From Squalus acanthias (Eukaryota): a DNA stretch of 64,000 nucleotides. This document shows positions 36,280-49,612 of the stretch, one piece after another. The notes below the pieces were generated by a model, which saw only the letters and a list, made by a program, of their open reading frames with translations, made no database searches and was not told the origin of the DNA. Positions within the stretch are counted from its first letter, which is position 1; each line of letters opens with the position of its first letter. The position numbers were made by a program, and so were the translations under genes. Where the stretch lies: assembly GCA_030390025.1 (NCBI GenBank), contig CM059431.1:117926001-117990000 (forward strand). Direction: 5' to 3'.

Positions 36280-37496
36280 AATAACAACAGAAAACGCTGG
36301 AAAAACTCAGCAGGCCAGGCAGCATCCGTGGAGAGAGAAAGAGAGTTGACGTTTCAGGTCGATGACCTTTCATCAGAACTGGGAAGAGCTGGAAATCAAA
36401 TAGATTTAAGGCCAGGGTAAAGCTGGGAAAAGGGGGAGGGGATAAAGGAACAAAGGAGGAGATGAAGAGACATTAAGAGACATTAAGAGATATGCAAGGC
36501 TAGAGGTGGTGTTAATGTGACAGATTAAGGCTGAATGAAGTGTGAAATCTACTGGCAGAATGAAGGACAGCTGCCAGCTTCTAGGAGGAAAAAAAAGGTG
36601 GGGGGGACAAATAAAAGGGTGGATAAAATAAAATATAAATGTGATTGGAGCTGAGGTTATGATCTAAAATTGTTGAACTCGATATTGAGTCCAGAGGGCT
36701 GTAGCGTGCCTAAACGAAAGATGAGGTGCTGTTCCTCGAGCTTACGCTGAGCTTCCGTGGAACAGTGTATTAGGCCGAGGACGGTGAGGTCAGAGTGGGA
36801 GTGAAGCGGTGAATTAAAGTGACAGGCCACCGGGAGCTCGGGGTCCCCCTTACGGACTGAACGGAGGTGTTCCGCAAAGCGGTCACCCAATCTGCGTTTG
36901 GTCTCCCCAATGTAGAGGAGTCCACATCGTGAGCAGCGAATACAGTATACTAAATTGCAGGAAGTACAAGTAAATCGCTGTTTCACCTGGAAGGGGTGTT
37001 TGGGGCCCTGGACAGTGGGAAGAGGGGAGGTATAAGGGCATGTGTTGCATCTCCTGCGCGTGCACGGGAAGGTGCCGGGCGAAGGGGAAGGGGTGCTGGG
37101 GGTGGTAGAGGAGTGGACTAGGGTGTCGCGGAGGGAGCGGTCCCTGCGGAATGCTGAAAGGGGAGGTGAGGGGAAGATGTGTTTGGTGGTGGGATCACGC
37201 TGGAGGTGGCGGAAATGGCGGAGGATGATCCGTTGAATGTGGAGGCTGGTGGGGTGAAAGGTGAGGACAAGGGGAACCCTATCGTGGTTCCGGGAGGGAG
37301 GGGCAGGGGTGAGGGCAGATGTGCGGGAGATAGAACGGACACGGTCGAGGGCCGTGTCGACCACGGTAGAGGGGAATCCTCGGTTGAGGAAAAAGGAAGA
37401 CATGTCGGAAGCACTGGTATGGAAGGTGGCATCATCAGAGCAGATGCGGCGGAGACGGAGAAAGTTATTTCGGATTTCCAGCATCTGCAGTATTTT
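36280..37496 (-). mobile_element. Penelope-like element, 5' truncated, GIY-YIG region open
   Basis: ORF 36657-37484 with LVYCIRCSRCGLLYIGETKRRLGDRFAEH; TSD GCCATGGTCTTGCCTGA / GCTATGGTCTTGCCTGA. Confidence 0.92.
36344..36380 (-). ncRNA. Minimal hammerhead ribozyme
   Basis: Minus strand AGTT-CTGATGA-AAGGTCATCGACCT-GAAAC-GTC-AACT: intact core, stems I and II, GUC triplet. Confidence 0.8.
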
Positions 37497-38281
37497 GCTA
37501 TGGTCTTGCCTGATGTGCCTCCCATAGTTGAATAGCCCTTACTGTATGCAAAGTGTGGAATGTGCATCTGTGTTTCATGAGAGTGCCATAGGTATTGGAT
37601 GAGTGTTGGACATTGGGGTTTTAAGACCCTCTGGCCATAGAGTGAGGTTGAGATGGAGGGATGGAGAGGTATTGAAAAAAAGCCACTCACCCTGACGACC
37701 TGAGTGAGGTCGTTGAACTTTTTGCGACATTGAGTATGGGTCCTGGGCACCATGCTCCTGGAGGAGACGTGCTGAGCCACCTCCCTCCACACTCTTCTGT
37801 ACTCATGCGGCAAAGGCCTCCTGCCACTCTCAGGGAAGAGTATAGATCTTCTGCGCTCCACCGCACCAACCAGAGCCTCCAAGGCCCGCTCGCTGAAGCG
37901 CTGAGCTCGTTCTCTCACCCTCTCCATAGTCCTTGGCTAGAAAATGTAGTCCCAGGTCTCTCCAGGCCGAGATTCAAGGCTCCAATGAGTAGGGTGTGGC
38001 TGGAGAGCCTCCCCATTAAGAACTGTCCGGCGCCAGTGTGTCTGTGTTCCATCGCTAACTGACATCACCTGCGCTGCGCCCGCGCTCTGAGTTAACGCCT
38101 CGCTCCTCGGCCTTTGCGCCTTAAGACAGGTGTGCAGCGCCTGATTTAGCGCTCCAATCACCTCCAGGGGCGATAAAAGCCAAGTTTGCAGTCGGAGGCG
38201 ATAATTAGTGCCAGGCACTAATCTTTGCGCCCAGCCGATAATCGCGCCCCAAACGGGGCGATACTGGATTTCTCCCCCTTG

Positions 38282-39600
38282 GATCCTTTGCTGTTCCTTA
38301 GTTCTACCCCATAGGTTTCCACTGTCTGATCACCCTTACTGAAATTATTTATTTCCTCTGCTGAATTGTGTTTTCTGTCAATATTGCTACTCCTCCTCCT
38401 TTCCTAATTTCCCTGACCTTTTTAAAAACCCCATAGCTGGCAATATTTAGCTTCCAGTCATACCCAACTTCTAGCCAGGTTTCTGATATAGCAACTAAAT
38501 CATACCCTTTAAGCTGAGTTTGTGCTTCAAACTCATTTGTGTTATTTATTATGCTATGCGAATTTGTGTACAGAACTCTTATTCGGGTATCTGTCCCCAC
38601 CCATGTGCCCGGATGGTGTATTCCTCACACTTCATGAGCTATTACACTTTTGGTTGCTCATGTTATGTATGTTGCTATACAGGCAATTTATTATGTTCTT
38701 ATATTTCATCACTCCTGCTTTATTTTTAACAGGTATTTCATTATTACTTCCCATAATCTTTTCTGTTCCCAAAGTATTTTGTTAACTATATCGCTTTTTT
38801 TACACTGACCTTTGTTCATACCCTCTTTTTCTTATCTTTAAGTTACTATTATATCCACCTGGACCCTCTTCCCTTTATTGGTTTAAAGTCCTTTCCACAG
38901 TCCTATTCATCCTTCCCGCTAGGTCCCAGTCTAGTTCAGGTGCATCCCATGCCAGTCGCACAGGTCCTTCCTATCCCAGTACTGGTGCCAGGATCCCATC
39001 AAATGGAACCCTTCTTTCCCACACCAGTATTTCAGCCACGCATTTACTTCCCTGATCTTTTTATCTCTATCCCAATTAATAAGTGGCTTGAGTAGTAATC
39101 AGAAGATTACCACACTAGTGGTTCTGTATTTTAATTTAGTGCCTAGCTCCTGATACTCTTTTAGCAGGATCTCCTCTCTGTTCTTTCCTATGTTGTTGGT
39201 TCCAACATGGATCACAACAATTGGTTCTTCCCCCTCCCTTTCCAAGTTCCTTTCCAGACACTTTGAGATATACCCTAGCACTGGGCAGGCAGCACAACCT
39301 GCTGGACTCTCAATCGTGACTGCAGAGCATACCCTCTATCCCTCTAATTATCAAATCCCCTAAAACTTCAACCTTTCTATTATGCTCCTCCCCCTTGGAC
39401 TGCCTCCTGCTCCACGGAGCCTTGGTTAACAATCTGCCCATCCTCCACACAGCCTTCTTCTTTATTCCCAGATTCTGCGGTTCCTTCTTCCCCGCCTCCA
39501 CTAGGTTCCCCCAAGCCTGCTGATCGTCAATCACACAATTCTCTTCCCGTAATTGTATCTCCCTATGTAGAGTCTTTCTGGCTGGAGGCAATAAACTGGA
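38282..39600 (-). mobile_element. CR1 5' portion: ORF1 esterase-like domain and ORF2 endonuclease start (continues at 32620-32731)
   Basis: VLGDLIIRG and VVIHVGTNNIG in ORF1; LYTNSHSI and DLVAISETWL in endonuclease; TLVGVVYRPP on the other side of the Harbinger. Confidence 0.8.
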
Positions 39601-40275
39601 CCAAATGGCCTTCCTTATATGTATGTATCTTGTGATCTGGTGATAACTTAATCCATTTGCATTGTTAGGACAGTATCAGCACTGGTTATCAGAATGGAGG
39701 GAAGTATATTTCTATTCAGTGCTCTACTCAAAGTGAAAAACCTGCTTGTCTTGAGTTTCAATAAACTGATTATGTTTTTATTAAACTTTTTGTACTACCC
39801 TTCATATAAACGATTCCAGAGAGAGGGCTCTTAGTTGCCATGAGGACTGATAATGTGGTACAAGCCTGCCTTGGACTGTACAGAATCTCCATTATTTGAA
39901 GACTGGACCACTTGCCCTCAAGGAAACTATTCACATGGACCAGGGATTGACAGACTTCTGTACTCTGATGAACAACAGATTGGTTTGTTAGCAGATGTCT
40001 GGGATGCGTTCCAGACATTTTTAAGTTGGCTGGTAGAGGAAGCTCAGGAGTTGGCAGACAACAGCACACCCAGAAGCTGATTTGGCAAAATTAAGACATG
40101 GTTCAACAGAACTAGCAGATGATAGGGGCACATCAATACCGTTTATATAAAAACCAGCAGCTGGTTAAACTGAATAATTAGAGGAAGCAAGAAAAAGGTA
40201 CAAGAAATGTTTGAGCACCCCCCACCTCACCCAACCCTAGACACATTGACATGCACGGGGGTGGGGGTGTGGAGA

Positions 40276-40455
40276 GGTAAAATTCAACTATGGCAGAGGT
40301 GCAGAATGGGTGGTAGCAGATTGGCCACCCATTATACACTCCATCCAATTTTACTTTCTATTGAAATCAATGTAAAGAAAAATCAGGTAGTGTGTATCAT
40401 GGGAGGTCAATCTGCTACCAACAATTTTGCGTCCCTTTGAAATTGAGTTGTACCT
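40276..40455. repeat. Short palindromic MITE-like element
   Basis: GGTAGCAGATTGGCC...ATACAC pairs with GTGTAT...GGTCAATCTGCTACC around central TTGAAATCAA. Confidence 0.7.
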
Positions 40456-40560
40456 CTACAGTATCAGATATGCAGCTTTTTGAGGCTTTAATATAGTCTT
40501 GCTGAGGGAAATTTTGAAGAATCTATAGGTGCAGAATAAACCATTCTCATTCTTAAATGA

Positions 40561-40793
40561 GTGGAGTTTGCACATTCTCCCCGTGTCTGCGTGGGTTTCC
40601 TCCGGGTGCTCCGGTTTCCTCCCACAGTCCAAAGATGTGCGGGTTAGGTTGATTTGGCTATGATAAATTGACCCTTAGTGTTAGGGGGGATTAAATACGT
40701 GGGGTTACGGGGATAGGGTGGGATATGTGTCGGTGCAGGCTCGATGGGCCGAAATGGCCTCTATCTGCACTGTGGGGATTCTGTGATTCTGTG
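40561..40793 (+). mobile_element. HE1-like V-SINE, 5' truncated
   Basis: V-domain GTGGAGTTTGCACATTCTCCCCGTGTCTGCGTGGGTTTCCTCCGGGTGCTCCGG; CR1-type tail GGGCCGAAATGGCC...GATTCT. Confidence 0.8.
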
Positions 40794-43159
40794 AAATCCA
40801 TCTATGCTGCAGGCCAATTAGTCTTCTAGTAGAGCATCCCTTTCAACATCTTAAATTACAACTTGTATCTAAATTCTAACAGTTCCTATCACAGCTTTGC
40901 CCATCAGCAATGTTTTGTCCTGTGATATTCTTCTGCACACAGTACAGGGCAAATTTGATAGTTCAAGTAATTTAATGGACAAATGAATAAAACCATACTT
41001 ACAGCACATTGGCATACTTTTTGTGCTAATTTGCATATCTTCTCACAACATATTTCATGGCTTAATTTGCAACAGTGCCTCAGATGGAATAAAAATTGAG
41101 CGGCTTCTTCAACAGATGGGCGATCCGCTCCGCCACACTCCTGCCCAGCCTGCGAAGACGAAAATTTACCCCATGGTGTTTTCATCGGAGGAAGAATCTG
41201 AGAACTGCACAATTAAAAAGTTGCACATGATTTTAAAGTCGCAGTTCACATCTTTGTTCCCTGTCCCCATGCTTTTCCCCAACTAATAGGGTGGGTCAAT
41301 ATAGAGCATGTGCAGAAAAATGCTTCACCCACTTTCTCCATTGGTGGTTGAGCTGACCAGACCACTGGGAGACAGCCAATATGGTTACTTTTGTCTTGAA
41401 TGAAAAACCCCATTGTATTTATATTGTTACTGTGGCCAGTACTGCCTCCAGAGACACTTAAGGAAACAACCTTCAATTTGTGTCTTCAACCCACCAGAAG
41501 CAGTGTTTCTCGGAGTTCTATAACTGATGCAATTTCTGATAGTTTCTAATGTGTTCCATTGGTCCAGATAAACTTGCAATAATCAGAAGCCAGTGACCAT
41601 GACTTGGTCACAACGTTAGAATTAGAATATGAAAAGAATTTGGAGACTGACAGGAAACCTGTTTAGAATACTTTGAAAATATTTTCTGATGAATTGGACT
41701 GTGTTGTTCAGATAGCAATGTGACAATAATTGTTAACACCGATCCTTATGTGTTAGAAGCACATTTTCTTTTAAGCATCGGTATCCAACAGCAGATTAAT
41801 CAAAAAGCAAATGCACAATTGCTTAACCATTTTAATGAGTGACAGGGCTTTGGAGAATTGTCAGTACAAGGGCAGTTATCAGCTGACATCGCAGATGTTC
41901 TTGAATGTATTGAAAGGCTTAGAATATTATAGGGGATCAGTCATTAATTCCTCAACAAGTTTACAATGCAAATAAATGGGCACTTGTTGTAGAACCAATT
42001 ACTCTTTGTGTCGATCGCAAAGACATGGAGAGAAAAATAGTCTGGGTTTACTTTAAATAAGGGCCATCACATATTTTGATTGTAGAAATATTGTAAGAAA
42101 TGTTAGGGTTTACTATTACTTAAATGTAAATCAAACAATTAATTTGTTAACAAAAATATATCAAATTCCAGAGGATTTTGGCATTGCATGAATTTTGTTG
42201 CAATTAACCTTCCATATTCTTCCTTTCATTGCTGCCCTTTATGGGAATTGGATGTGCTCTCTGACACAAAAACAACTTTCATTTATAGAGTGTTACTAAC
42301 ATTGACAAAATGTTTTACAGATCAAAGAATGAAATGGGCAGCAAGCAGTAAGGAAAATAATAGAATGGAATTAAGAGGTGGAGCCGAAAGGTTGAAAAAA
42401 ATATTAATAGACTTTTGAAAGCTGGGAGGAAGTAAGGCAGAAGGTCTTTGGAGGAAGCTCCAGAGGATGATGACATAGTGGCTGAAAGGGCAGCTGCCAA
42501 CAGTGGGGGATAAAGAAGAGGACAAGGGAAGTAGACCACTATCAGAGGAGTTAAGGGTGCAAGTAAGGGACATACGGCTGAAAGACGTGACTGAGGTACG
42601 GTAAGGTGAGGGCATGGAGGCATTTGAAGATGAGGATTTGGATCTTGAAAATAATTCATAGGACCACAAGAAGCCAATTGAACCTCGCAAAGATTGGTGT
42701 AATGGGAGTGCAAGTGGTTAAGGACACGAGCAGCAGCATTGTGAATAAGCCACATTTTGTGAGAGATGGGAGGAGGGAGGACAGCTAAGAATGTATTATA
42801 GAAATTGAGCCTCAAGTTAACAAAGGCTGGATAGAGAGTCAGTGGAAGTGGGGAAGAGATAAGGTCAGAAGGGAACAATGTTAAGAAGCTGGTCTTAGTT
42901 ATGAAACAGATGGGGGAATAGAAACCTCAGCTTGAAATCAAGGAGTACCCCCTAGCTTCTACACTATCAGACTTGGCCTGCTGTGTAAGTGGGGCATTTG
43001 ATAGTATTAAGGGCAGAATTTTGTAGGAACTGAAGGGAGCCAAAAGGTATTGCTTCAGCTTTGCCTACATTATGCTGAAGAAAATTTTGACTGATTGGAT
43101 AGATAACTGGAGAGTCAAGCAACAACCGTGAATTCAAAAGCAGAAGCAGAAAGATAAAG

Positions 43160-45874
43160 GAGAGATTCAGGTGTCAAGGATCGCAAGCTTCAACAACTCT
43201 TGGACACTAATGCCCCTCCGGAACCTTCTTCCCCTTCACTTTCCTCTGACCCCATCCCTTCTCCCAATCTCACCCCCTGTCGCGTTTTCACTATCCCCTC
43301 TGACCTTCCCATCTCTGACCCCGAACGATAGTCCTTAGCAAAGGCCTGAGCTTCATCCCCTTGCGCCCCCACCTCAATGAATTTTGAGCTCAGCACGACG
43401 CTGAGCTCTTTTTCCGCTGCCTTCGTCTCCATACCCACTTCTTTGGCCAGGAGTCTTCCCCCCGCATGGCTGACCCTTTCTCCCGCTTTCAGAATTCTCG
43501 TTCTATCTGGACCCCTCCCTCTGGCCTCTTAACCTGTCTAGATCTTTTCATTGCAAACTGCCGGCGTGACATCGGCCGTCTCCATTTCTCTGCTCCCCTC
43601 ACTCACTCCAACCTACCTCCCTCTGAACTTGCAGCACTCCATTCTCTCAGATCCAACCCCAACATTGTCATTAAACCTGCTGACAAGGGTGGTGCTGTTG
43701 TTGTTTGACGAACCGACCTCTAACTCACGGAAGCTGAACGCCAACTCTCCGACACCTCCTCCTACCTCTGCCTGGACCATGATCCCACTACCGAACATCA
43801 AGCCACCGTTTCCAAGACTGTCACTGACCTCATCTCCTCTGGAGATCTTCCCCCCACTGCCGCCAACCTCATAGTTCCCCAACCCCGCACAGCCCGCTTC
43901 TACCTCCTTCCCAAGATCCACAAACAGGACTGCCCTGGTAGACCCATCATTTCAGCCTGTTCTTGCTCCACGGAACTTATCTCTTCCTATCTCAACTCTA
44001 TTTTTCTCCCCTTGTCCAGTCTCTTCCCACCTACATCCGCAGCTCATCCGATGCCCTCCGCCACTTCAACAGTTTCCAGTTTCCTGGCCCCAACCGCCTC
44101 CTTTTCACTATGGACGTACAATCTCTCTACACCTCCATCCCCCACCAGGATGGCCTGAGGGCGTTCCGCTTCTTCCTTGAACAGAGGCCCGACCAGTCCC
44201 CATCCACCATCACCCTCCTCTGCCTGGCTGAACTTGTTCTCACATTGAACAACTTCTCCTTTGACTCCACTCACTTCCTCCAAATCAAAGGTGTTGCTAT
44301 GGGAACCCGCATGGGTCCTAGCTATGCCTGCCTTTTCGTGGGATATGTGGAACACTCTTTGTTCCAGTCCTACTCAGGTCCCCTCCCTCACCTCTTTTTC
44401 CGGTACATTGATGACTGTCTCGGTGCCGTTTCCTGCTCTCGCCCTGAACTAGATAATTTTATTCACTTTGCTTCCAATTTGCACCCTTCCCTCACCTTCA
44501 CATGGTCCATCTCCGACTCTTCCCTTCCCTTCCTCGACTTCTCCATCTCCATCTCTAGGGATAGGTTAATGACAAACATTCACTACAAGCCCACTGACTC
44601 CCACAGCTACCTGGACTACACTTCCTCCCACTCCGCCTCCTGTAAGGACTCTATTCCATTCTCCCAGTTTCTCCGTCTCCGCTGCATCTGCTCTGATGAT
44701 GCCACCTTCCATACCAGTGCTTCCAACATGTCTTCCTTTTTCCTCAACCGAGGATTCCCCTCTACTGTGGTTGACACGGCCCTTGACCGTGTCCGTTCTA
44801 TCTCCTGCACTTCTGCCCTCACCCCTGCCCCTCCCTCCCGGAATCACGATAGAGTTCCCCTTGTCCTCACCTTTCACCCCACCAGCCTCCACATTCAACC
44901 GATCATCCCCCGCCATTTCCGCCACCTCCAACGTGATCCCACCACCAAACATATCTTCCCCTCACCTCCCCTTTCAGCATTCCGAAGGGACCGCTCCCTC
45001 CGCGATGCCCTGGTCCACTCCTCTATCACCCCCAACACCCCTTCCCCTTGCCCGGCACCTTCCCGTACAAGCGCAGGAGATGCAACACATGCCCTTATAT
45101 CTCCCCCCTTCCCACTGTCCAGGGCCCCAAACACCCCTTCCAGGTGAAACAGTGATTTACTTGTACTTCTTGCAATTTAGTATACTGTATTCGCTGCTCA
45201 CGATGCGGTTTCCTCTACATTGGGGAGACCAAACGCAGATTGGGTGACCGCTTTGCGGAACACCTCAGTCCGTAAGGGGGACCCCGAGCTTCCAGTCGCC
45301 TGTCATTTTAATTCTTCGCACCACTCCCACTCAGACCTCACCGTCCTCGGCCTCTTGCATTGTTCTACTGAAGCTTAGCGGAAGCTCGAGGAACAGCACC
45401 TCATCTTTCGATTAGACACTTTACAGCCTTCTGGACTCAACATAGAGTTCAACAATTTCAGATCATAACCTCGGCCCCTATCATATATATATTTTTCATC
45501 CACAATTTTTTGTCTGTGTCTTTTTTTCTTCTCTCCCACATGGCAGCTATCTTTCATTCTGCCAGCACAATTCACACTTCATCTCGAGCCATCCTTTGTT
45601 TCTTAACCTGTCCCATTACCATCTCCTTTTGCCTTGAATATCTCTTAATGTCTCTTAACCTCTCCTGCCTTCTATTCTATCACAGACCTTCCCTTTTGTT
45701 CTTTCATCCCCTCCCCCCTTTCCCAGCCCCTGCACTTGCTTAAAAATCTGTTCCACTTCCTGCTTTTTTCCAGTTCTGACGAAAGGTCATCGACCTGAAA
45801 TGTTAACTCTGTTTCTCTCTTCACAGATGCTGCCTGACCTGCTGAGTATCTCCAGCATTTTCTGTTTTTATTAT
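43160..45874 (+). mobile_element. Penelope-like element with RT and GIY-YIG, disrupted
   Basis: IKPADKGGAVVV, TMDVQSLYTSIP, GVAMGTRMGP, FRYIDD, LYIGETKR; 15-bp TSD AGCAGAAAGATAAAG. Confidence 0.93.
45772..45808 (+). ncRNA. Minimal hammerhead ribozyme motif with altered stem III
   Basis: AGTT-CTGACGA-AAGGTCATCGACCT-GAAAT-GTTAACT. Confidence 0.65.
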
Positions 45875-48679
45875 AGCAGAAAGATAAAGATGGGTGTCAT
45901 CGGCATGCATATGGTACTTAATCCTGTGCTTCTGAACAATGCCATGGGGGGCTGCATATTAATGATTAAATAGTGGGGAACAAGGATGGAGCCCTGTGGT
46001 ACAATTTTGAGGTGTTCAAATCAGGCCAGTTGCACAGCAAATGCATTCAAGCTTATAACCTACAGATTTGAAGCCATGAAGGTAGCTGTCATACTGGGGG
46101 CATGATAGGATTGAGAGATCATTGGAAATCTAGTCAGGATAAGGGCATTAAAGATAAAGGCCAGGTAATTATAGAGGAGATAAATACAGGCATCAATATC
46201 GTCATGGGTGGCAGACTAGAGAAGTGATGAAATCAGAATTTGAGACATTCTCCGTGAATAAATTAGAGGGTAGTTTTTTTCCAAGTGTAGAAAGTAAAAG
46301 TGGAGGAAGATTTGGCTGTCAGGGGATGTGTTGAAGGAAGAAAGTAAGAAAAAGAATCTGAGAGAGTTCTATCAGTAATAGAGATCTCAGAAATTTTGAG
46401 GTACTATGTGATAAAGAGGTCAAGGTGTGGCCATGCATCTGGGTGGGAGAGTTTATATCGAGGATGAGGTTGGAGTAAGTGAGAAAGGCAAGAAAGTCAT
46501 CGGAGATAGGGGAGGAGAAGATAACATGAAGGTCAGAATCAACAAGGATCAGGAGTCATTCAGGTGCAGAGACTGAAGACAGACAATGACTGCTCAAAAG
46601 TTGTGCTTGGTACGGTTATGTCACCTGTCTTCTGTGCTCAGGCCATAAGTATATCAGCATACTCCAGTGGCAATATATGGTACAAACATTTACAACTCTT
46701 TTTAGATACCTGCACTATCTACCTACAATATAATGTGCTATTTTAAATCTGATGCCTTGAAATTACACCATGGGTTATTAACAAAGGAGCACTTAACAAG
46801 TTCATTGGAATTTCCTCTCTCTGCTATTTTAGAAGTGGCATTAACCTTATTAATTAAATGGACTGATAGCTGTGCTAAAATAATGAAGAGGGTAATTACA
46901 CATCAACACGTTAAGCTGTTACATTAATACTCCTCACTGTAATTTCAGGGTCTGTGCATTTTTTAGCTTACAGCGAGGCCATTTTTTTTCACAGATCATT
47001 AAATTTATCTCACAACTGGTATGTCTCTCTGTGCTTGTCTTTCCCTCTTCAACCTGCTCTCACTCTTGCATTTTCCGTTGCTGAATGTTGCTTGAATATC
47101 TCTCTGCTTAACTCTCCTTTGCCTCTACTTCTCTGTTTACTCTTCAAAGAGCTTTGGGGCTCATTGGAACTTGCCTTTCCATTTCTTGGTTACTCTCTCC
47201 CGGGTGTAGTTTGTTTGTACCATTGCTTGCTTTAATTCCAGCCAAGTTATCCAAATTGTTATGCCAGCAATGTTGAAATTGCTCCATAAATACAAGTTGT
47301 TTCAGCCATAGTATGGAATCTAGTTCATACCACCACTATATCAGTAAGTATATTTTGTCTAGATTTTAAGCCAAGAGTAAAAGGTCAGTTGGGAGAGCAT
47401 GACAAGTTAGAAGACAAGACAAGCTAGCTTGAGTCAATTAGCACTGGAATAGTAATAGATTAACAGGAAGGGAAAGAGATGTCAGAAGAAGAAAATACAA
47501 GCACCAGAGGGCAAATGAAAGATGGAGATTAAGTTAAAATCGTGGGATAGGGATTAAAAATAACTTCGCTGTTTTTCTCCCTCTTTGTCTCTCATGCTCC
47601 CTTTTCAATAATTGCAAAATGCTCGGAGCCATTTTTTTCTGTGTGAGGAGCAGTAGAGAAATGTATATTCATGTAGTGAATCACTTTCTTTACAATTGGC
47701 AATGAGCTTGGTTCCCAATTAGCAATCTGTAGTGAGGGGGAAGTGTGTTAGAATTGAAAATGCAGCTGCAAAAAGATCATACAGTGTTATATCTCACATA
47801 AGGTTCAAATCTTTAAGATGGTAACAATGGAAAGGAAAGCTGTTATTGTCAACAATATTTTATGCATATTAATCAAAAAATAGAAGCTAGCCATTAGACT
47901 TAAATATATCTTCTCTTAACGTATTAACACAGTAAGTATTTGTTGATTTGTCATTTTGGAATGACAAAACATGAATATTGCTTTTGAAACCTGTTTTTAG
48001 TGCAAGTCTGATTGCCAACGTGCATTAAAAATGTTAATATCTAGATACTGCATGCCATTTACAATAATTATCATAATCCCTGGAAGGATGGTTGATTGTT
48101 CTCTGATGGGTTTCTTTTTAGTATTTTGTTCCTGAGGTCTTCAATATTTTTTTTAATCAAACCAGCTTCCAATTAAGACAACCTTATTTCTGAGTGATCG
48201 TTTAGCCTCCTGTGTGACCCCCAAATGATAATTTGATATGCATTGAATTCGTTCCCCTAAACATAACATCAAAATTACAGCAAAATAATTATGATGTTCT
48301 CAAGTTAAAAAAAAATATTTAAAAAAAACTTTCATCAGAAAGTGACAATTTGCTGAATGTCCAGTCCCAGTGTGGAAACTGAGCCAGCCTCCCTCAATGG
48401 GCATGTTCCCCATGATTTTCCATTCACTAATATTAAGGAGTGAGGTCCTGTTGTCTGTAATGCCCATATTCAGAGTTTGCAATGTTAAGGGTGGGAGATA
48501 TAGGTGCTGCAGGGTTTCATCATCTCTGCAAGGGCATTCGTCTGTATTGTTTGTGGAGGCAAGTTTTGCTTAATTTTATATCAAGACAGCAAGGAGCATA
48601 GAAGCAGCCCAGGAAGCAGCAGGAAGACCTAGAGGTTTTCAGATGGTAGCCTGCAGGGGCTACTGAAGCAGGTGTGGCT

Positions 48680-49612
48680 GCTCGGAAGGGACCGCTCCCT
48701 CCGCGACACCCTGGTCCACTCCTCTATCACCCCCAACACCCTTTCCCCTTCGCCCGGCACCTTCTCGTGCAAGCACAGGAGATGCAACACCTGCCCTTTT
48801 ACCTCCACCCTTCCCACTGTCCAGGGCCCCAAACACTCCTTCCAGGTGAAACAGCGATTTACTTGTACTTCTTGCAATTTAGTATACTGTATTCGCTGCT
48901 CACGATGCGCTCTCCTCTACATTGGGGAGACCAAATGCAGATTGGGTGACCGCTTAGCGGAACACCTCCATTCAGTTCGTAAGGGTGACCCCGAGCTTCC
49001 GGTCGCCTGTCACTTTAATTCTCCGCTCCACTCCCACTCTGACCTCACCGTCCTCGACCTCTTACACTGTTCTAATGAAGCTCAACATAAGCTCGAGGAA
49101 CAGCATCTCATCTTTCGATTAGGCTCTTTACAGCCTTCTGGACTCAACATAGAGTTCAACAATTTCAGACCATAACCTCTGCCCCTCTTTTTTTTTCCAT
49201 TCATTTTATTTATTAAATATATTTTTTTACACTTCATCTAGGGCCATCTTTTGTTTCTTAACTTGTCCTGTTGCCATCTCCTTTTGCCTTGCACCAACTC
49301 TTAATGTCTCTTAATCTCTCCTGCCTTCCATCTAGAGCCATCTTTTGTTTCTTAACTTGTCCCATTACCATCTCCTTTTGCCTTGCACCATCTCTTAATC
49401 TCTCCTGCCTTCCATCCTATCACAGACCTTCCCTTTTGTTCTTTCCTCCCCTCCCCCGTTTCCCTGCCCCTGCACTTGCTTAAAAACCTGTTTGATCTCC
49501 AACTTTTTCCAGTTCTGATGAAGAGTCATCAACCTGAAACATTAACTCTGTTTCTCTCTCCACAGATGCTGCCTGACCTGCTGAGTATTTCCAGTATTTT
49601 CAGTTTTTATTT
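48680..49612 (+). mobile_element. Penelope-like element, 5' truncated
   Basis: ORF 48672-49175 with GIY-YIG (LVYCIRC...LYIGET); 11-bp TSD CAGGTGTGGCT; decayed hammerhead at ~49511. Confidence 0.9.

Larger units (their letters stand above)
34780..37927 (-). pseudogene. Harbinger Myb/SANT-like DNA-binding gene, three exons (37927-37691, 36010-35848, 35688-~34780)
   Basis: Exon 1 RAQRFS...WREVA...QCRKKFNDL then GTGAGT; exon 2 after TTACAG reads AKLSHNRRQQQRTDGG then GTAAG; exon 3 after TTTCAG is in frame with ORF 34943-35476; frameshift near 35100; 3' end approximate. Confidence 0.8.
32735..38278. mobile_element. Near-complete autonomous-type PIF/Harbinger transposon
   Basis: TIRs GGGGGAAAAATT / ATTTCTCCCCC; TTG TSD both sides; convergent transposase and Myb/SANT genes; inserted in a CR1 endonuclease region. 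Confidence 0.92.
42270..46620 (-). mobile_element. Old L2 LINE remnant, interrupted by Penelope 43160-45874
   Basis: Minus-strand HNAAARVL motif near 42730; PQGS-like segment near 45990; heavily decayed. Confidence 0.6.

Noticed and set aside
39853..40080. 75-aa ORF as host exon or Gypsy remnant
   Set aside because: No convincing motif or splice context; only a faint FTWT-like word in another frame
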